Under the pieces are notes generated by a model. The model was given only the letters and a program-made list of their open reading frames with translations, ran no database searches and had not been told where the DNA came from. 64,000 bases of DNA from Bugula neritina (taxonomy: Eukaryota > Animalia > Bryozoa). Below are positions 24,701-43,642 of the stretch, in pieces. The position numbers were made by a program, and so were the translations under genes. Where the stretch lies: assembly GCA_964035545.1 (NCBI GenBank), contig CAXIUT010000289.1, forward strand, positions 105,001-169,000, written 5' to 3'. The number at the start of each line of letters is the position of its first letter. Position 1 is the first letter of the stretch.

Positions 24701-26268
24701 CTTTCTGATTGCGAGGGGTTCTCTGAGGTCTCGTGGGCAACCGAGGGGATTATCGGTCCCGCTCCCTTTCCTTGCGCAGTCCTTTATTTTACAATCCTAC
24801 AAATCGATTTCTGAGTAGCCAAGCTGAAGGTTCCTGCAAACCTTGCGGTCTGCTGACCCCCCTTGGACTTGCCACCTTTACAAAGGCCAGGCCTCACCCT
24901 GTTGGATTTGGGCCTTAGCCTTAGTTCCCGGGTGGCGGGGAATGGGGGGGCTAAACTGATGCTCACAGTCAGCAGTTTCTACCATGAGCCGTCTATATTT
25001 TAATCATTTTCTCTCACCGTGGGGACAGCTCCTCAGGAAATGTCCTTCACTACCACAACCCCAACAAGCAGGGGATCTCTGCCGGTGGCCTAGCAGGCCG
25101 CTCAGCTACCAGTTATTGCCGCAGACACTGAATTTTGGCCAGCAGCTCCCTAACCAGGCTTGTAATTAGGCCGGTTTCTTTAGCTACCGCTGTGGCCACA
25201 AGGACTGCCGCAGCGGCCGACGACGACGGTGTTCTATCGTCAGCTTCTACTTGCTGCCCTTTCCCACTAAGCTGACATGCGTTATTGGCTTGGAAAAGGC
25301 ATTCCCAAACCAAAGGGCTTTCTCTATTGTGTCAACCCTGGCTACCAGCAAGTGCATTTTCAAGCTGATGTTGTTGGCCATTTGGAGAAGCGCCTGTAAC
25401 GCCAAACTCTTCCGGCCTTCTGTTGACAAGTCCCTATAAGCGACTTGCGCTAGCCGTTTCACTACGGTCGCGTGATCTCACCAGAGCGTCTTAGGATCCG
25501 GCCTAAGCGCTTGGAGTTGACAATGCACATCTCAAGCGGTTAGCTTAAACCTGGATCTTAACGCCTCCAAGATGCTGTCAACTTCCTGGCTGACCGATCT
25601 CGTCAGACATAATTGCAGCTGTATCAGAGTGGCTCTGGCTGACCATCTACAGATGGCCGCCACATTGCTGAACTCAGCATTGAGTTGATCTACGCCTTTT
25701 TTTCACAAAAAGTAAAAGCCCGCAAATAGCAGCGCTGACATCCTTTACAGCTGCTGATCTTTCTTCGATTGACTCCAGACAGGAGATGTCTCCTTCGTCG
25801 CCACTTGCCATACTCTTTTACTCCTTGGCCAAGAGCATCAGTCCTAATTGAATTCTACTGCTGTCACCACTGTTGTGAATTTTTGCTATTCACTGTAGTT
25901 GTGGGTACTTAAGAGTGTGTGCTGATAAATCACCAATGTAGAGTATTGAATATAGATAGTGTTTATTTAGTACGAATAATACAAGAGTAAAATAAAGAAC
26001 ATAAGTGAGAATAACTATATGACTTGTCAATAACTATCATGCAAATTAACTAGAAAAAACTATCCAACTGGTGCAAGCTATTAATGATCGTGTGATCATT
26101 AGCTTGATCCTGATTGGTCGATTCTATCCAATATCATGAAAGATAGGGTAGCAGTGTATTATGGTATTAGGTTGGGATGTAGCTTAGTGTATCGTATATG
26201 ATTACAACACCAAGGTAGCAGAGTGAAGTATTGGAGTTGTTAGTTTTGATGTATCATAATTCACCACA
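21736..26268 (-). mobile_element. Decayed, 3'-truncated Gypsy element (5' LTR 25871-26268, gag, protease, RT, RNase H, integrase N-terminus)
   Basis: LTR inverted termini TGTGGTGAAT...ATTCACAACA; PBS TGGTGACAGCAG (tRNA-Leu-like) ending at 25869. Fragments CWGCGSEGH, FLLNTGCTTN, IYFDD, DTDASD, LTDHFT/TDQGAQF; many stops and frameshifts. Same family as 43643-50575. Confidence 0.9.
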
Positions 26269-28042
26269 CTATTTGGCTGTGAAATTACAGACATTCTCTG
26301 GATTACAAGTTTATTAGCAATGTTGTCTCTATACCAGACTGTCATAATCAATCCTTGCTGCATGATAGTGCACAAAATGTACCACAAATTCAATTTCATT
26401 GGTAAAGCAACTAAAAGACTCTACTTGATTTGTGATCAATATAATATTCTGCATAGTTTATTACTCTGTGTGTAATTAGAGAGAGCTCTGCTATATTACA
26501 TAAGTATATTTGTAAATAGTTGCAACTAAATGCAAAAAGAGTATTAACTCATAAAATACACAAAGCCTAAAATGATAGAACTAACAACTGAAACATTCAT
26601 TTCGGCCTTTGAAAATGATTACTTGATTAATAATTACACCAATACAAATTGAGGTTAAAGTGGTGTTTATGTCGGTGAGTATTCAAATGTTTTGTAATTG
26701 TTATTGTAATTGTTTGTGGATAAACAGATATTGAGAAAAGGAAGTTTGGATTAATTTTGAGTGGTAGGTAATCTTTAATCGGTCTCAAACCATAAGCCAG
26801 AGAATGTACTACAAACACACAATAAAGTAATATTAGCATAAGTAATGCTTAGACACAAAATATTATATAACCGAGTATACACGCAATTACTATAACGTAT
26901 GCTACAGAGTATACACATAATACAAGTTAATATGATAACATTGTAACAATGGAGTATTAGTACTAAGTATTTAGCTGATAGCCTGAGGCCTAAGTCGATT
27001 GTCAGATGCCATCATCAACAAGTGGCTCTTACTATAAACTGCTATACATATGTTTTAGTTATAGGTTGCTCACTTTAAAAAGCATTTTATCAGCAATTTT
27101 TATGTTTCAATTACTACAAATTTTTTATTACAACTGCTAGTCATATTTCAAAAATTTCAAGTGTTTAAGGGAACAGCCTGGCTAGGTGTAGCATGTCTAA
27201 CTTAAAGTAAAACTTCTATAAAGCTCTGGTTCTTATTGAAAGACAGATCTTTTCAGTTTCATTATTGTTGCACTATACCCAAGTCAACTTTAAATGGAAT
27301 ATTTACTCAAATATAACTTATCAAGAACAACAATTATTATAATATGAAACTTACACATAGCTGTGTGAATAATCAAGAATTTTCCTATTCAATGATTTTA
27401 TTCTTACGTGTTATTATAGGCATGTAGTGTATTCAAATGTGTGAATAGGTGCAGTTAGTATGCAGCCATGTATAAAACTATTGCTTAATGTTAACTGCTG
27501 AATCTAAACATCATCTATTGTCAAAGAGAGGGGAATTTTACCATATGGTAAATCCAAATTAGGGAGAAAGCAAAGTTTCTTGAAGTTGCTTCTTCCACAT
27601 GAATAGCCATATGCTGCAGCATTATGTTACAAAGGCAATATATGTTAATTTCTCCGTTTCTGCTCAATGGAAAAGCAACTTTTCCTCAATAAGTTGTATT
27701 ATGTATATTAAAAATAGAATATTAAAAATGTATTATGTAAAATAATCGTACATAAAATATCCTAAAATTTAAATGTGAAACTTACCACATTTGTGGAACA
27801 TTTAATAAACAGTTTATCTTTACTTGCAGTATGTTTACAGAGCTCCCCTAAGAAATGCAATCCGATGACTGTGGTAACATTTGTGGATCCAAAATTATAA
27901 ACTTGATTATTAAACATACAAATATGTTGAAAAGATTATCAATCTTACAATCTAGCATATACAAATGCATTAGCCTACCACATACTTCATTAGTAAATAA
28001 AATCATTCATCAAATATGATAATATTGCATCAACACCATGCA

Positions 28043-28244
28043 AGGGAGCAGCCGTGGTCTAGGAGTTAAAGAGTTAACTCAAGGTCATGGGTTCGAACCA
28101 TTGGCCATTGGTGATGTTAGGAAGAGCATATTATAATCATAATTTTATTCCTGTGCTTCATTCAAATAAGTCCTTAGCCCACTTTTATAAAACTCTTTCA
28201 TCAGGGGTTTCTCACAGGAATAACAACTATCAACTTGCGTGAGT
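28043..28244 (+). mobile_element. tRNA-derived SINE, copy 2
   Basis: A-box-like GTGGTCTAG and B-box GGTTCGAACC; 14-bp TSD ATCAACACCATGCA (28029-28042, 28245-28258); homologous to 6512-6722. Confidence 0.85.
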
Positions 28245-28823
28245 ATCAACACCATGCACGCACAACTTAATTTTAAAAAGTTGCGAGATGCAGTTTAGTA
28301 ATATTCAATAGTAGGCTCTAAGCATAGCTTGCTGACAAAGTTTTGAGCTCTCTCAACAAAAAATAAACATTTTAAAATAAAGGGTACTAATTTGAATTGT
28401 TATGTATTATATACTGAGGTTGTTGAATTTTAACCACTACTAATACTAGTACTAACTTCTAAAATGAAACTGCGGGTAGTTATAAAAGCTCCATGGAAAA
28501 TTGGATAATATATTTTTAGTTTTATTATACCATTACATTGTGCTTATTGTTTGTTGCCTATTGCAACCAATAGAACTATGGAGTTAACATAAGTTTCTTC
28601 AGAATAGCTTATAAGAAAGGGGGGGGGGCAGGCCATGGTCACCAAGCTAATTGACAAGGCATGGTTAGTGTTAAAAATTTCATTAGTAACAACACCAGAT
28701 GAATTAATTCAAATGTAACTCAAATAACTATACAATCACAGCTTCAACTCATTCGCAGTCTTTCTACAAGCTAATATAGACGAACGAAGTAATTCTTATC
28801 TTTTCTTTTAAAATAACAGAATA

Positions 28824-32971
<4,148 letters not shown>

Positions 32972-34133
32972 ACATGTAATATTTATTACTCCTGCTAAAC
33001 TTCTAACTTAAAGTCATGCTGACTCTGATGCTAAACAGTTATTTGTTTAGCCACAGTTTTATTATCACAACAATTAGCAGCATGTAAAGAGTTGGAACAC
33101 ACAAAAGGCTATAATATTTTGTTTATCAATATATAGGAACTGCTTCAAATAAACAACATTTTTAATAACTACTTAATACTATAATATTGCAGCTCATCAT
33201 TGATTATGTGTTGTAGTAATGTTATATAGTTACACCAGTAATTTACTATTATTAAGTGTCTAAATGAATTGCTTTCTGCTTGAACTATAATATATACGCT
33301 GTTGTGCAGGTATTATTGTGTATTTTTTGTGAAAATATTATACAAAAAATAAATGTATCAGTTTTGTGACAGTGTCTGGGTGACTTAGATTGTGATTATT
33401 TTTATCTATCAGCCAACTTGGCAACAGCTAGGTTCATTAAGTTTATTAACTATCGAATCATACACTGGAAATATAATGAGAAAAATAAAAATTATATTAA
33501 CTGCTTAAGACTACAGGAAGGTTATAGATAATATAAAAGATCAAAATAGTTAAACATCATCATTATAGGTAATGCATAAATATACATAGTGACTCAAGCT
33601 GTTGTAAATAACAATGTGTATCAAAAAGTTAAAAGAACTTTATGAGAATAGTATGGTTTTAACAAGATGATATTAACTATCGTAGAATGTATGAATAAAC
33701 TGTAGGTAAAATGATATCATAATAATCTAAATAAGATTTACAAAATTGATGCACAGATAAGATATCCTTTGTCATGCAAAATGTCAAAACCAGTGGTCTA
33801 GATCCAGAGTATAAATGCTAGAGTATACAGTTGTGTATTCGTATAATATAGTAGCAGATGTAGTGAGCCTTCGGTTAAAAAAGAGAAGTTAAAGATGTTC
33901 CCTTGAGGCTGCTTGATCTGAACACTTTGACCTGTGCTGTGCTAGGAACATTGAATTATAGTAACAGCACTGCTAGCTAAGAATAGCTTTTGATGGATGT
34001 AGTAATAAAGTAAGAAAGCTACAACGATTGGTGACATACCAGTACATCGGTGGGGTTGAATTTTTTGGCAGCTACTTTTCTGACAACATTGATAAATTAT
34101 GTGAATTAAAACAACAATAAAAAATGAGATCAG

Positions 34134-35240
34134 TCACAGACCATGAAACTTTTGCACCAATCCGCTGACCCCTCCAGGCCAGCCAGCTCCGTGGAGAAAC
34201 GGTCGAATGTAAACCCTCCTCCAGCGACTCGAGCGTACAGGCCAAGAAAGTGGATCAGTCACTACCTCAGTTAATAAAGCCAACCTATGCACGCTGCGGG
34301 TTATGATAGTGTGTTTACAGCCTACATAGTCTCTCAGTGGTTTCTTAGTAGACACAGCAGATGCCTGACTTTGTTGTGACTCATTACTGCATGCACTCAG
34401 TGACCTTTTACATTCTCTCTGGCTGGAGCTGTGTGTAATTTAGACTGCATATTTCTAAGTGTAGCTTTAGGAGGGGCCTTCGCGTTCTACTCTATTTGTT
34501 TAGTTATAATAGCCCACTTACTCTTAGGCTTACTCTTCTGGATCAAAGGCTTGATGGGAGGATCTAACTTGTCTTTTGTAGTATGTAGGGGCAGCAAAAG
34601 GCTTGCCCGTGGTTTTGCAAGTTTAGAAGGTTTGCTGAAAGCAGGCAGAGATTGTCTCTTGTCCGAGTTGCCACTCTTTACCTGCAGTAAACTGGATTTC
34701 CTGCATTTAGCTGGAGCTTTGTTTACCCCTTTAGCAGTCACTTTAATTTCTGTCCTCTTATTGGCCAAGACAGGCGTGAAATGTGTGATAAAAGTACTAC
34801 TAGTAAATTCATACTTTGTCTTATTCTTTATAGACATGGACGTAGAGTCATTAACTTTTAAAGATCTGTTCAATTGTTCAGAACTGGTTTGTTCTGCAGA
34901 CTCGGTGACTGGGTCTCCCGGGCAGGTAGTGCTCTGTAACTGGTATGAGTCATCAGCTGACTCATTCATCAAACAATCAGTGGCTGCAGTCTGAGATTCA
35001 CCACAATTTATAATAGCCTGGGGCATAGTTTCTATAGTCTTAGTGACGTTTAGGAAGTTGCAGTCAATATTGCTTAAACTATATTGTGTAAGACTTGCTG
35101 GGTTTGGAGATGTTTCTAGCTCCTGATAAGTTTACTCAGGTGTCAAAGTTGAGCTCATGTTGAATTCTGCATCTCAAGAGTCATTGAGAGCTGGGGAGTT
35201 GTCTCCATTTACTACCTGACCCTTCATCTGGATAAACATC
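34134..35240 (-). pseudogene. Unassigned decayed ORF, Ser/Lys/Pro-rich and probably disordered, with a Trp-containing C-terminal segment
   Basis: Coding-like composition across ORFs 34487-35026 and 34134-34355, which are in different frames and separated by stops; no recognisable domain. Confidence 0.3.
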
Positions 35241-36861
35241 TTGTTTGAAACTGAGACTACATGTGTATCATTACTAGGTTTACCTTTTTCAACTGAGGTG
35301 TTCATATTTACATCAGAGTCGTCTAGTAGTAAACACTGCCAGATGATACATTGCCACAGGTATAGTTATTACTACTAGAGCTACCACGTTTACTTTTCAT
35401 GACAGTATTACTTCTATGAGCTTATTGACATCCTTTGATCAGTCACAATAATTTACTGGTTATTCTATAATAGTACCAGCAAAACGTTAGTTAGTATTGC
35501 GAAATTGAGATTTTTTTTACACTAAGAAAAACTATAGTACACTAGTTGTTTTTGATAAGCTACTCCAAAACATAAGTGATAAGTAAAGGAATTAGATATG
35601 TGATCATTAAGATTTTTATAGGTCAAGTTATAGGCTTTGCTCATGTAACTTAGTATAATACCTATATTATAAAGAAGAGGTGGGTTGGCAACTGTTCCAC
35701 AAAACAAGATGAAATACAATGAAAACTACAATAAAAATAATCAGATATGTTCTAATTGGCTATAATATTGCAGAAATTCTCTGAAATACAGGTTTGTTAG
35801 CAACATTGTCTTTACCAGACTGCTGTGTCACAATCAAGGGATCTACAATGAGAGTGCACATAACGTGCTGCAAATTTAATTTTACTGGTAAAACAACTAA
35901 AAATTTCCACTTGATTTATGATCAATATATTATGCATAGTTTAATACTCTGTGTGTGTAATTGGAGAAAGCTATGTTTAATTAGAAAATTATATCTGTAA
36001 AAATTGCAACTAAATATAAAAGAAGTTTTGACTCATAAATTACATAAATCTTAGAACAGTAGAACTAACAACTCAAACATTTATTTCGGGCATTAAAAAT
36101 GATTGTTTAATTACTAATTACATCAATACAATTTGAGTTTAAAGTGGCTCTTACTATAAACTGCTGTTTGTTTTAGTTATGGGTTATTCACTTCCAAAAG
36201 CATTTTGCAGTAAATTTTATGTTTTAATTACTACAAAATTTCTATCACAAATGCCAGTCATATTTCAAAAATTTCAAGTAACTTCGGGAACAGCCTGGCT
36301 GGGTGTAGCATGTCTAACTCAAAATAAAATTTCTTGAGAGCTCTGGTTCTTATTGAATGATGACAGATTTTTTTCAGTTTCATTATTACTGCACCTACCT
36401 AAGTCAACTTTAAGTAAATTATTTACTCAAGTATAACTTATGAATAACAACAATTATTATAATATAAAACTTATACATAGCTGTGGGAATAATAAAAAAA
36501 TTTCTTATTCATTGGTTTTATTATTATGTGTTATTATCGGCATGTGATGTATTCGAGTGTGTAAATAGGCGCAGTTAGTATACGACCATGTATAAAACTA
36601 TTCTTATTGGAAACTACTGAATCCAAGCATCATCTATTGTCAAAGAGAGGGAAATTTTTTAACAAATGGTAAATCCAAATCAGAAGGAAAGCAAAGTTTT
36701 TTTCAAACTTGTTTCTCCCACATGAACAGTCATATGTTGCAGCATTATGTTACAAAAGCAATATGTTAATTTCTCCCCTTTCTGCTCAATGGAGAAGCAA
36801 CTTTTCCTCAATAAGTTATATTATGTATTTAAAATAGAATATCAAAAATGTATTATGTAGA

Positions 36862-37994
36862 AAGGTCACCTTTAGTCACCTTTCACTGCCGTGGTCATGC
36901 GCGAGTGGTGGGTTTTGCTTGATACCAAGTTCTATTAGACTTCTCTATTGTACTCAATCTTCAGCATCTGTACCATTTAGATCGAGCCATTTAAAGTCTG
37001 AGTTTATTGTATCACACCATCTTTGTTTTGATCTACCCTAGGTCGAACTCCTTCAACTGTCATCTCTAACACTCTCCGGATGTCATCCTCACTTTCTCTT
37101 TCTCTAACATGCCCATACCACTGCCTTCATCTCTTCCTTATCAGGTCTTTAACCGGCATCACTCTTGCTTCTACTGTTATTTCCTCATTTGGCTTATGAT
37201 CTTTTAAACTGACATTTAAACAGTCTCGCAGCATGCGTATCTCACATGATGACATCTTGTCTGCCAGAAACTTTGTGATGGGCTATGTCTCATTTCCATA
37301 TAGCAGGGTTGGTGTGATAACTATTTTATAAATTAGCACTTTAGGTTTTGTGGGCATTTTCTTATCACAAAGCACACCGGACAGCTCTCTCCACTTATTC
37401 CAAGCCTTGGATATTCTCAGCTCAAGCCTCCTTCTTGGTGGATTGTTGTGCCCAAGCACTTGAATTTGGAACTCTTAGACAGGCTTCCTATAACTATCAT
37501 AATTTTTTATCCCGATGTTTTCTTGCTCTCCAACTGCTGGCAAATGCTCTGTTTTTTTCAGCTTATCTGCAATCCCGCTGCCTCTATTTCCTCTCTTCAG
37601 ATCTTTAACCTTCTTTCCCATCTCTCTCTATTACTGTCACAAAGGATCAGATCATCAGCAAATAGCATTGTCCACGGGCTATCCTCGTTTATTTTTTCTG
37701 CTAAAACATTCATAATTATGATAAATAGCAGCAGGCTTAGTGCTGATCCCTAATGTAATCCGACTTCAATTTGAATTTTGCTTGCCAATCCGAAGTCTGT
37801 CCTAACACTTGTGCTGCAGTCTTTTTACATGTCCATTATAATGTTGATGTACTGCTCTAGAACCATTTGCTTCTGTAAGCAGTACCATATTAGCTTCCGT
37901 AGTATGGTGTCGTAGGCTTTTTCAAGATCAACGAACACCATATGGAGCGCTTTGTTGTGTGTAGTTGATTTCGCCTTTTGAAATTCATACTTAT
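36862..37994 (-). mobile_element. 5'-truncated RTE-type LINE (RT domain and 3' end) inserted in duplicate copy B
   Basis: HMVFVDLEKAYD, GLH*GSALSLLLFIII, LLFADDL, WYGHVRERE. The empty site is visible in copy A (~27738-27742). Short tandem tail (gtcaccttt) at the 3' end. Confidence 0.88.
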
Positions 37995-38229
37995 GAATAA
38001 TCGTACATAAAATATCTTAATTTTCAATTGTGAAACTTGCCACATTTATGGAAAATTATGAAAACAACACTATAATTCATGAGTAGTTGAGCCAGGACTT
38101 GGTGTTCAGTGCTGCTTGTACAGTTGCCACACGCTTCACCATACATGTCAGCCAAGTGCTCTGAGACTGCTCTTAGACTGGCACAAGGAGAGTTTTTCTA
38201 GGTGTCGGCCACTGTCTCCAGTGTTGGCT

Positions 38230-38987
38230 CTACATTCATTACCTAGATGGAGTGGTACTTCCCTTCCAGCGCTCTAGCTGATAATCGGACGTGTTCCGTG
38301 AAGGGGGTTGATACACTACAGGAGGACCTTTCTCCGACAGTTTAGCTAATTCAGGTTGTTTGGCAGTCGAATTTCTCCGTGCGTTCCCTCTATTACTCTC
38401 AGGCGCATCCAGGTAGTGTGATGATGCCGTAGAAAGGAAAACACAATTCTTCTGCCAACATACCTTGTGCACCTTCGTACGGCTCAAGGCTCGCTCGCTT
38501 TTGGGCGTTAAGAGTGTCAAAGACACGCCTACTCAGCAAGTTTGTAGTGCACCCGTATCCAGTAGGAATGTGGCAGTTTTATCCAATATTTTTCTGGGCA
38601 GGAAATAGCTGCTTCTATGCAGCTGGGTGCTCCTGGAACAGTTAGTCTCTGGGGGAGACACAACTTAGGTTTGCACAGCAAGCCTCCTCTTTGTCTTAGA
38701 GACAATGGGGGTTTTCTGAGGTTGGGAGGGTAGCTTGGGATACTCTTGCGAGTAAGCTGAATCTTCCTCTTTAACCTTCTCACGCAACCCCGCGAACCGG
38801 TTACCGATCGGCCAGGCCGGAGGACCGGGTAGACCTTAAGGTCTCCGAGGTCTCCGATGTGCCTGCCACTCAGTTTCAGCAGCCTCAATAGAAGACTTCC
38901 TGCTTGTCCTCTGCTCTCTCCCGAATGGGGTTGGCTTTGGGCCATGGTTGGCGGAAGTTAACGGCAGCCTCAGTAGTTTAAAGGCAG
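38230..38987 (-). mobile_element. Inverted gag/protease fragment of the same Gypsy family as 43643-50575
   Basis: Frameshifted ATFLLDTG-CTTNLLSRRVFDTL matches VTFLLDSGCTTNLLSRRVFETL at ~44680. Confidence 0.75.
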
Positions 38988-41900
38988 CCGGCTATCACTA
39001 AAAAGCTATGTAATATTTTGTATATAAACAGTGAATTTTATTTGAGGTCATTGTATTTTTCTGGAATTCAAATATACTACATTGTATGATATCTACATAA
39101 ATTATCCTTTTTACTCAAGAATACAACAGGATAAATTGGCGACGAGGATGGGATTCTTTTTTTGAGTGGACAAAGTTACTAGTGGAGTTCTACATCTACT
39201 TCAGAGTTTGACAGATAGAACTACCTACAGCAGAGAAATCTCGGACTGTTCAGAACAATACCAGGCTAGGCAATATCTACACTCTAATCACCTTGTGAGT
39301 AACACAAATTAGTTTTCAAAAATTTTCATAATGGCAGAAGTTGCGGAGTTAGTAGCTATGCTTAAACAGACACAGGAAGACAATAGACAATTAATGCAAA
39401 TGCTAATGGAAGGGAGAAATGAATCTACACAGGATAGTTAAGGGCAACCTTTTAGCTGCAACTGCCTTGCTGAAGTTTGCATTGTAATCATATAAGAAGT
39501 CAGTACCAGTAAAATAAAATCTCACCTAATTGTGCTAGAGTCAAAATTTAAAAACTATGTTGTAGATCTTTTTTTTCCTCAGTGTAACTTTTTGGAAATT
39601 TCAATTTTCACTTTTTTGCAAATTCATAGACAAAAAACTGCCCAATTTTGGCCAATTTTGCTTGAAAAGCTGACTTTTCAGTACCAGTAAAATATCTCAG
39701 CAGCGAAACATGATATCTGAATAAAAATTGATCCGCTGGAAACCTGAGATATTTCTCCAGTGCAATTTTTTTTTCTTTTTCTAATAACTCTGCTAGATTG
39801 CTCATAAAATGGGGATTTATACACTAAAAATGCTATAATTTTTCATAGGAAACTAGCAGCGCGCAGCACTTCACGCTTCAATGAGCATGTGGGAATGAGA
39901 AGATATTAGCGCGTACATACTAATTACAGGCTTGCTAGCTGGCAGGCTATAATGAATAGCTTGCTTTGTACTTTGTTTATGTAGCACTCATAATGGAATG
40001 TTGATAGATAACGCAGCCCTAATGAAGGTTGCTGCTTATTGGTTGTAGTTTGATCTTAGGCTAAACAATTGCAAGTAGGCAACATGCATGCCACTCGCAG
40101 AGCAATATTATTCAAAAACCTAAACTACATTTTGAGAGAAATTTATGATATTCTCAGTGAAGATGCCCTTAACTATTCCGTGTAAAGCATTACCGACAGT
40201 TTCTATACCTAATTTTCCGGCATTTGATTCAACATTAGAATTGTGGACGGACTACTGGGCTAGGTTTAACACTTATGTAGCTGCACATGCTATTCCAGAA
40301 AACCGCAACCCAAAGATCTTCCTAACCTTTCAGTCAGCTGCAACATATAAGATTCTAGGAAACTTATCAGCTCAGATGACACCACCAAAAGACATCAATA
40401 AACTTACAATGGCAGAAATAACAGAATTCACGAAGGACCAGTTCGACCCAAAGAAGTTCATCAAAAGAGAGCAATTGAAATTTTGGAGTGAAATGCGACG
40501 TAAATCAAGCGAGACTGTTTAGGAATTAGCTGCACGGATTCGTCAGGACGCCACAACTTGTGATTTTGCTTCCATCACCAATCCACTAGATAAAGCTATG
40601 GGGGCAAAATTCATTTGTTCTGTTAGCAATGAAGCAGTTCTAAAAGCGTTATTCAAAATTAAAGATGATGAATTGACCTTCACCAGAGCTGTGGAAATTG
40701 CAATTGATACTGAAGATGCAGCAAAAGTAGCCAAGGAAACTGCGCATGGAGTTAAGGCTACAGGTGTCAACAAAGGTCAGACTGACAAAAGATCAACAAA
40801 CAATGCTAGCAGTGTTTCTTTAACAAAAAAAGAAGAGACTCAACAAAAAACCAGCTGTTACAGATGTGGAAAAAGGGAAAAAGACATTCACCAAGTATTT
40901 GCAATTAAAAAAATGCTCAATGCAATTTTTGCAAAAAAATAATTCACATAGAATCAGCATGCCGACTTAGGAAAAAATCAACATCAACATCACAACCTGT
41001 CAAAGTTATCACTTCTACCGTAAGAAGGATTGAATCTCTATCACAGTTACAACAGAAGTTACAGATAGAGGGTGTGGAATTCACCATGGAATTGGATACC
41101 GGAGCATGTGAAAATTTCATCACTGCCGACATTTGGGAGAAACTTGATCGACTGAATTTGGAGCCAACAGAAGCACAGTACGAGTCAGCATCTAAACATC
41201 CTATTAATGTAATGGGATAATTCCAACGAGTTGCTAACATTCCTGATAAAGCCAGTGAACAGATGTTGAACTTCGTAGTCACAGAATTACCACAACTAAA
41301 TCTTCTAGGACGTGACGCTATACAAAGGCTACAGATATCTATAAACGACAAGATGAAGATTTCATGTACATCATCACCTACAAGTAATCCAGTGAACACA
41401 GTTTTCCAAGATTTTAAATCTGACTACTCATTACAGAAAGCTTGCGAACAAGTTTGTCAAGAATTTCCAGATCTTTTCAAACCGGAACTGGGTTGTCTCA
41501 AAGATTTTGAGTTGGAGATTGAATTCAAACCTGACTCGAAACCAGTATTCTGCAAAGCCAGACCAGTTCCATTCGCTATGCAAGACGATCTTGTCCAGGA
41601 ATAGGAAGCAGGAATAAGAAGAGGAGTCTGGAAACCTGTTCAGTTCAACGACTATGGCACACCAGTAGTACCAATCAGGAAAGCCGCACTCCCAGATCAA
41701 CAAAAAAGAAAAGTGTAGTGTTCGCACAAAAGAAGTTTCATCAATACCTCTACGGCCGGCGGTTTATCTTGGTTACCGATCACCGACCATTATTGGCACT
41801 ATTTGGACCTACAAAGGAAACGCCAGCTTTAGCAGCCAACAGACTAGCAAGATGGGCACTGCAACTAAGTCAATACGATTATAGTATTGAGTATCGCACG

Positions 41901-43642
41901 ACCAGCAAACATGGCAATGCAGATGCACTTAGTCGTCTGCCAGTTGACTCAGACTTCAAGTTTGATGAGGAGGAAGATGGCGATGATATGGACACGATAT
42001 GCACGATACGACTGATTTTTCAACAATTGAAGCCAACAGATCCAGGAGTACTTCTAAAAGAAACCTTGAAAGACCCCGTTCTGTCTACAGTAATTCGCTA
42101 TACAAGAAAAGGATGGCCTAAAACACTAGAAGAGACAAACACAGAAAATGAGGACCAAGCTCATAGTGCAGCTTACAACATACAGTGTTTCAAGAAGGTG
42201 TCTGGCTCACTCTCTATCTTAGATAAATGCTTGCTGTACGGTTCAAAAGTTGTAATACCGCTTACCCTTCAGGCACAAGTTCTGCAGATTCTTCATCTAG
42301 GACACTTTGGCATGCAGCGGATGAAACAACTCGCACGTTCTGCTGTTTATTGGCCAAGAATAGACGCAGACATCATGGATGCTTGTAAACAGTGCAGCTC
42401 TTGCGCTGGGCACCAGAATCAACCAGCCAAGGCTCCTCTTCATCCTTGGATGATTCCAGAAAAGCCATGGAGTCAGATTCACATCGACTATGCAATCAAC
42501 TTTCTGGGAAGCAACTGGCTAGTAATTGTGGATGCATACTCAAAGTATCCCTGCACACATCCAACTACATCAACATCTTTGAAGAGAACTACAGAGCTTC
42601 TAGAACAAGACTTTGCACACTTTGGATATCCACACACAATTGTATCCAACAATGCAAGCACATCCAAGTCTGAAGAGTTTCAAAGCTGGTGCCGGGATCG
42701 TGGAATAGTTCATCTATCTGGAGCCCCTTATCACCCTGCCACAAATGGAGCAGCTGAAAGACCAGTGCAATCATTTAAACAGGCTCTAAGAAAATCTAAT
42801 TTACCACCAAATCTAGCTTTGACTGAATTCCTGATGCACTATCGACGCACACCCTTGATAGGAGGATACTCGCCCAGTGAACTGCTGAATGGGAGACAGA
42901 TTTGTTGCAAAATTGATGTTCTGCTACCATCACCAGCACACCAAGCCCAAGGACGACAATCAAAAGAAGTGGAAAAGTCTACAGACCAGAAATCCACTGT
43001 ATCCAAAGTTCACACCTATACAGTTGGAAGTCCTTGTTACGCGCTCTATTGTGGACCCTGAAGAGACAGAGAACCACGATGGGTCTCTGCCATTGTCACA
43101 AAGGTATTGGGACCAAGAAGTATAAATGTCAAAGTCACACCAAGAGGACCAATATGGAGACGTCATATTGAACAACTATTACCACGCTACGGAGTTGAGG
43201 AAGATTCTGAACCAGCAGACGATGTGAAATCTGAAGTTCAAATGGCTGATGTTTCAAGTGGCGATAGTACTGCTAACCAAACACCTCAACCATGGAGAAA
43301 TCCCAGACTACCCACAGGCAGAGAGCATGGACCTGAAAATCTTAGAAGGTCAAAGAGATTGGCAGCTCACCAAAATACATAGATGCATCAAAGGCTAGTG
43401 GGGAGATGTTACATATGCAACTGATGCTGCTACAGCCCTGACTATGACAATAAATAACAGCCATATAGCCATGAAGCATCTATTATAATTTTGTATTATG
43501 ACCGGCTATCACTAAAAAGCTATGTAATATTTTGTATATAAACAGTGAATTTTCTTTGAGCTAATTGTATTTTTCTGGAATTCAAAAATACGACATTGTA
43601 TGATATCTACATAAATTATCCTTTCTACTCAAGAATACAACA
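38988..43642 (+). mobile_element. Decayed Mag-like Gypsy element with truncated 5' LTR (38988-39128), full 3' LTR (43407-43642), internal deletion of RT, and a MITE in gag
   Basis: PBS TGGCGACGAGGATGGGATTC (39137-39156), complementary to the tRNA-Ser(GCU) 3' end. gag ATG at 39331; ELDTGA protease; jump from PVVPIRK to FAQKKFHQYLYG at ~41717; integrase HLGH..CSSC; PPT GGCTAGTGGGGAGA. Confidence 0.92.
39428..40182. mobile_element. Non-autonomous DNA transposon (MITE), CACTA/EnSpm-like, copy 2
   Basis: TIRs CACAGGATAGTTAAGGGCA ... TGCCCTTAACTATTCCGTG; 2-bp TSD TA. Removing it plus one TSD copy restores the gag frame (GRNES-KALPTV). Confidence 0.9.

Noticed and set aside
33770-34085. Possible solo LTR (TGTCA...TGACA with TATAAAT and AATAAA)
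   Set aside because: No matching TSD and no second copy; cannot be supported.
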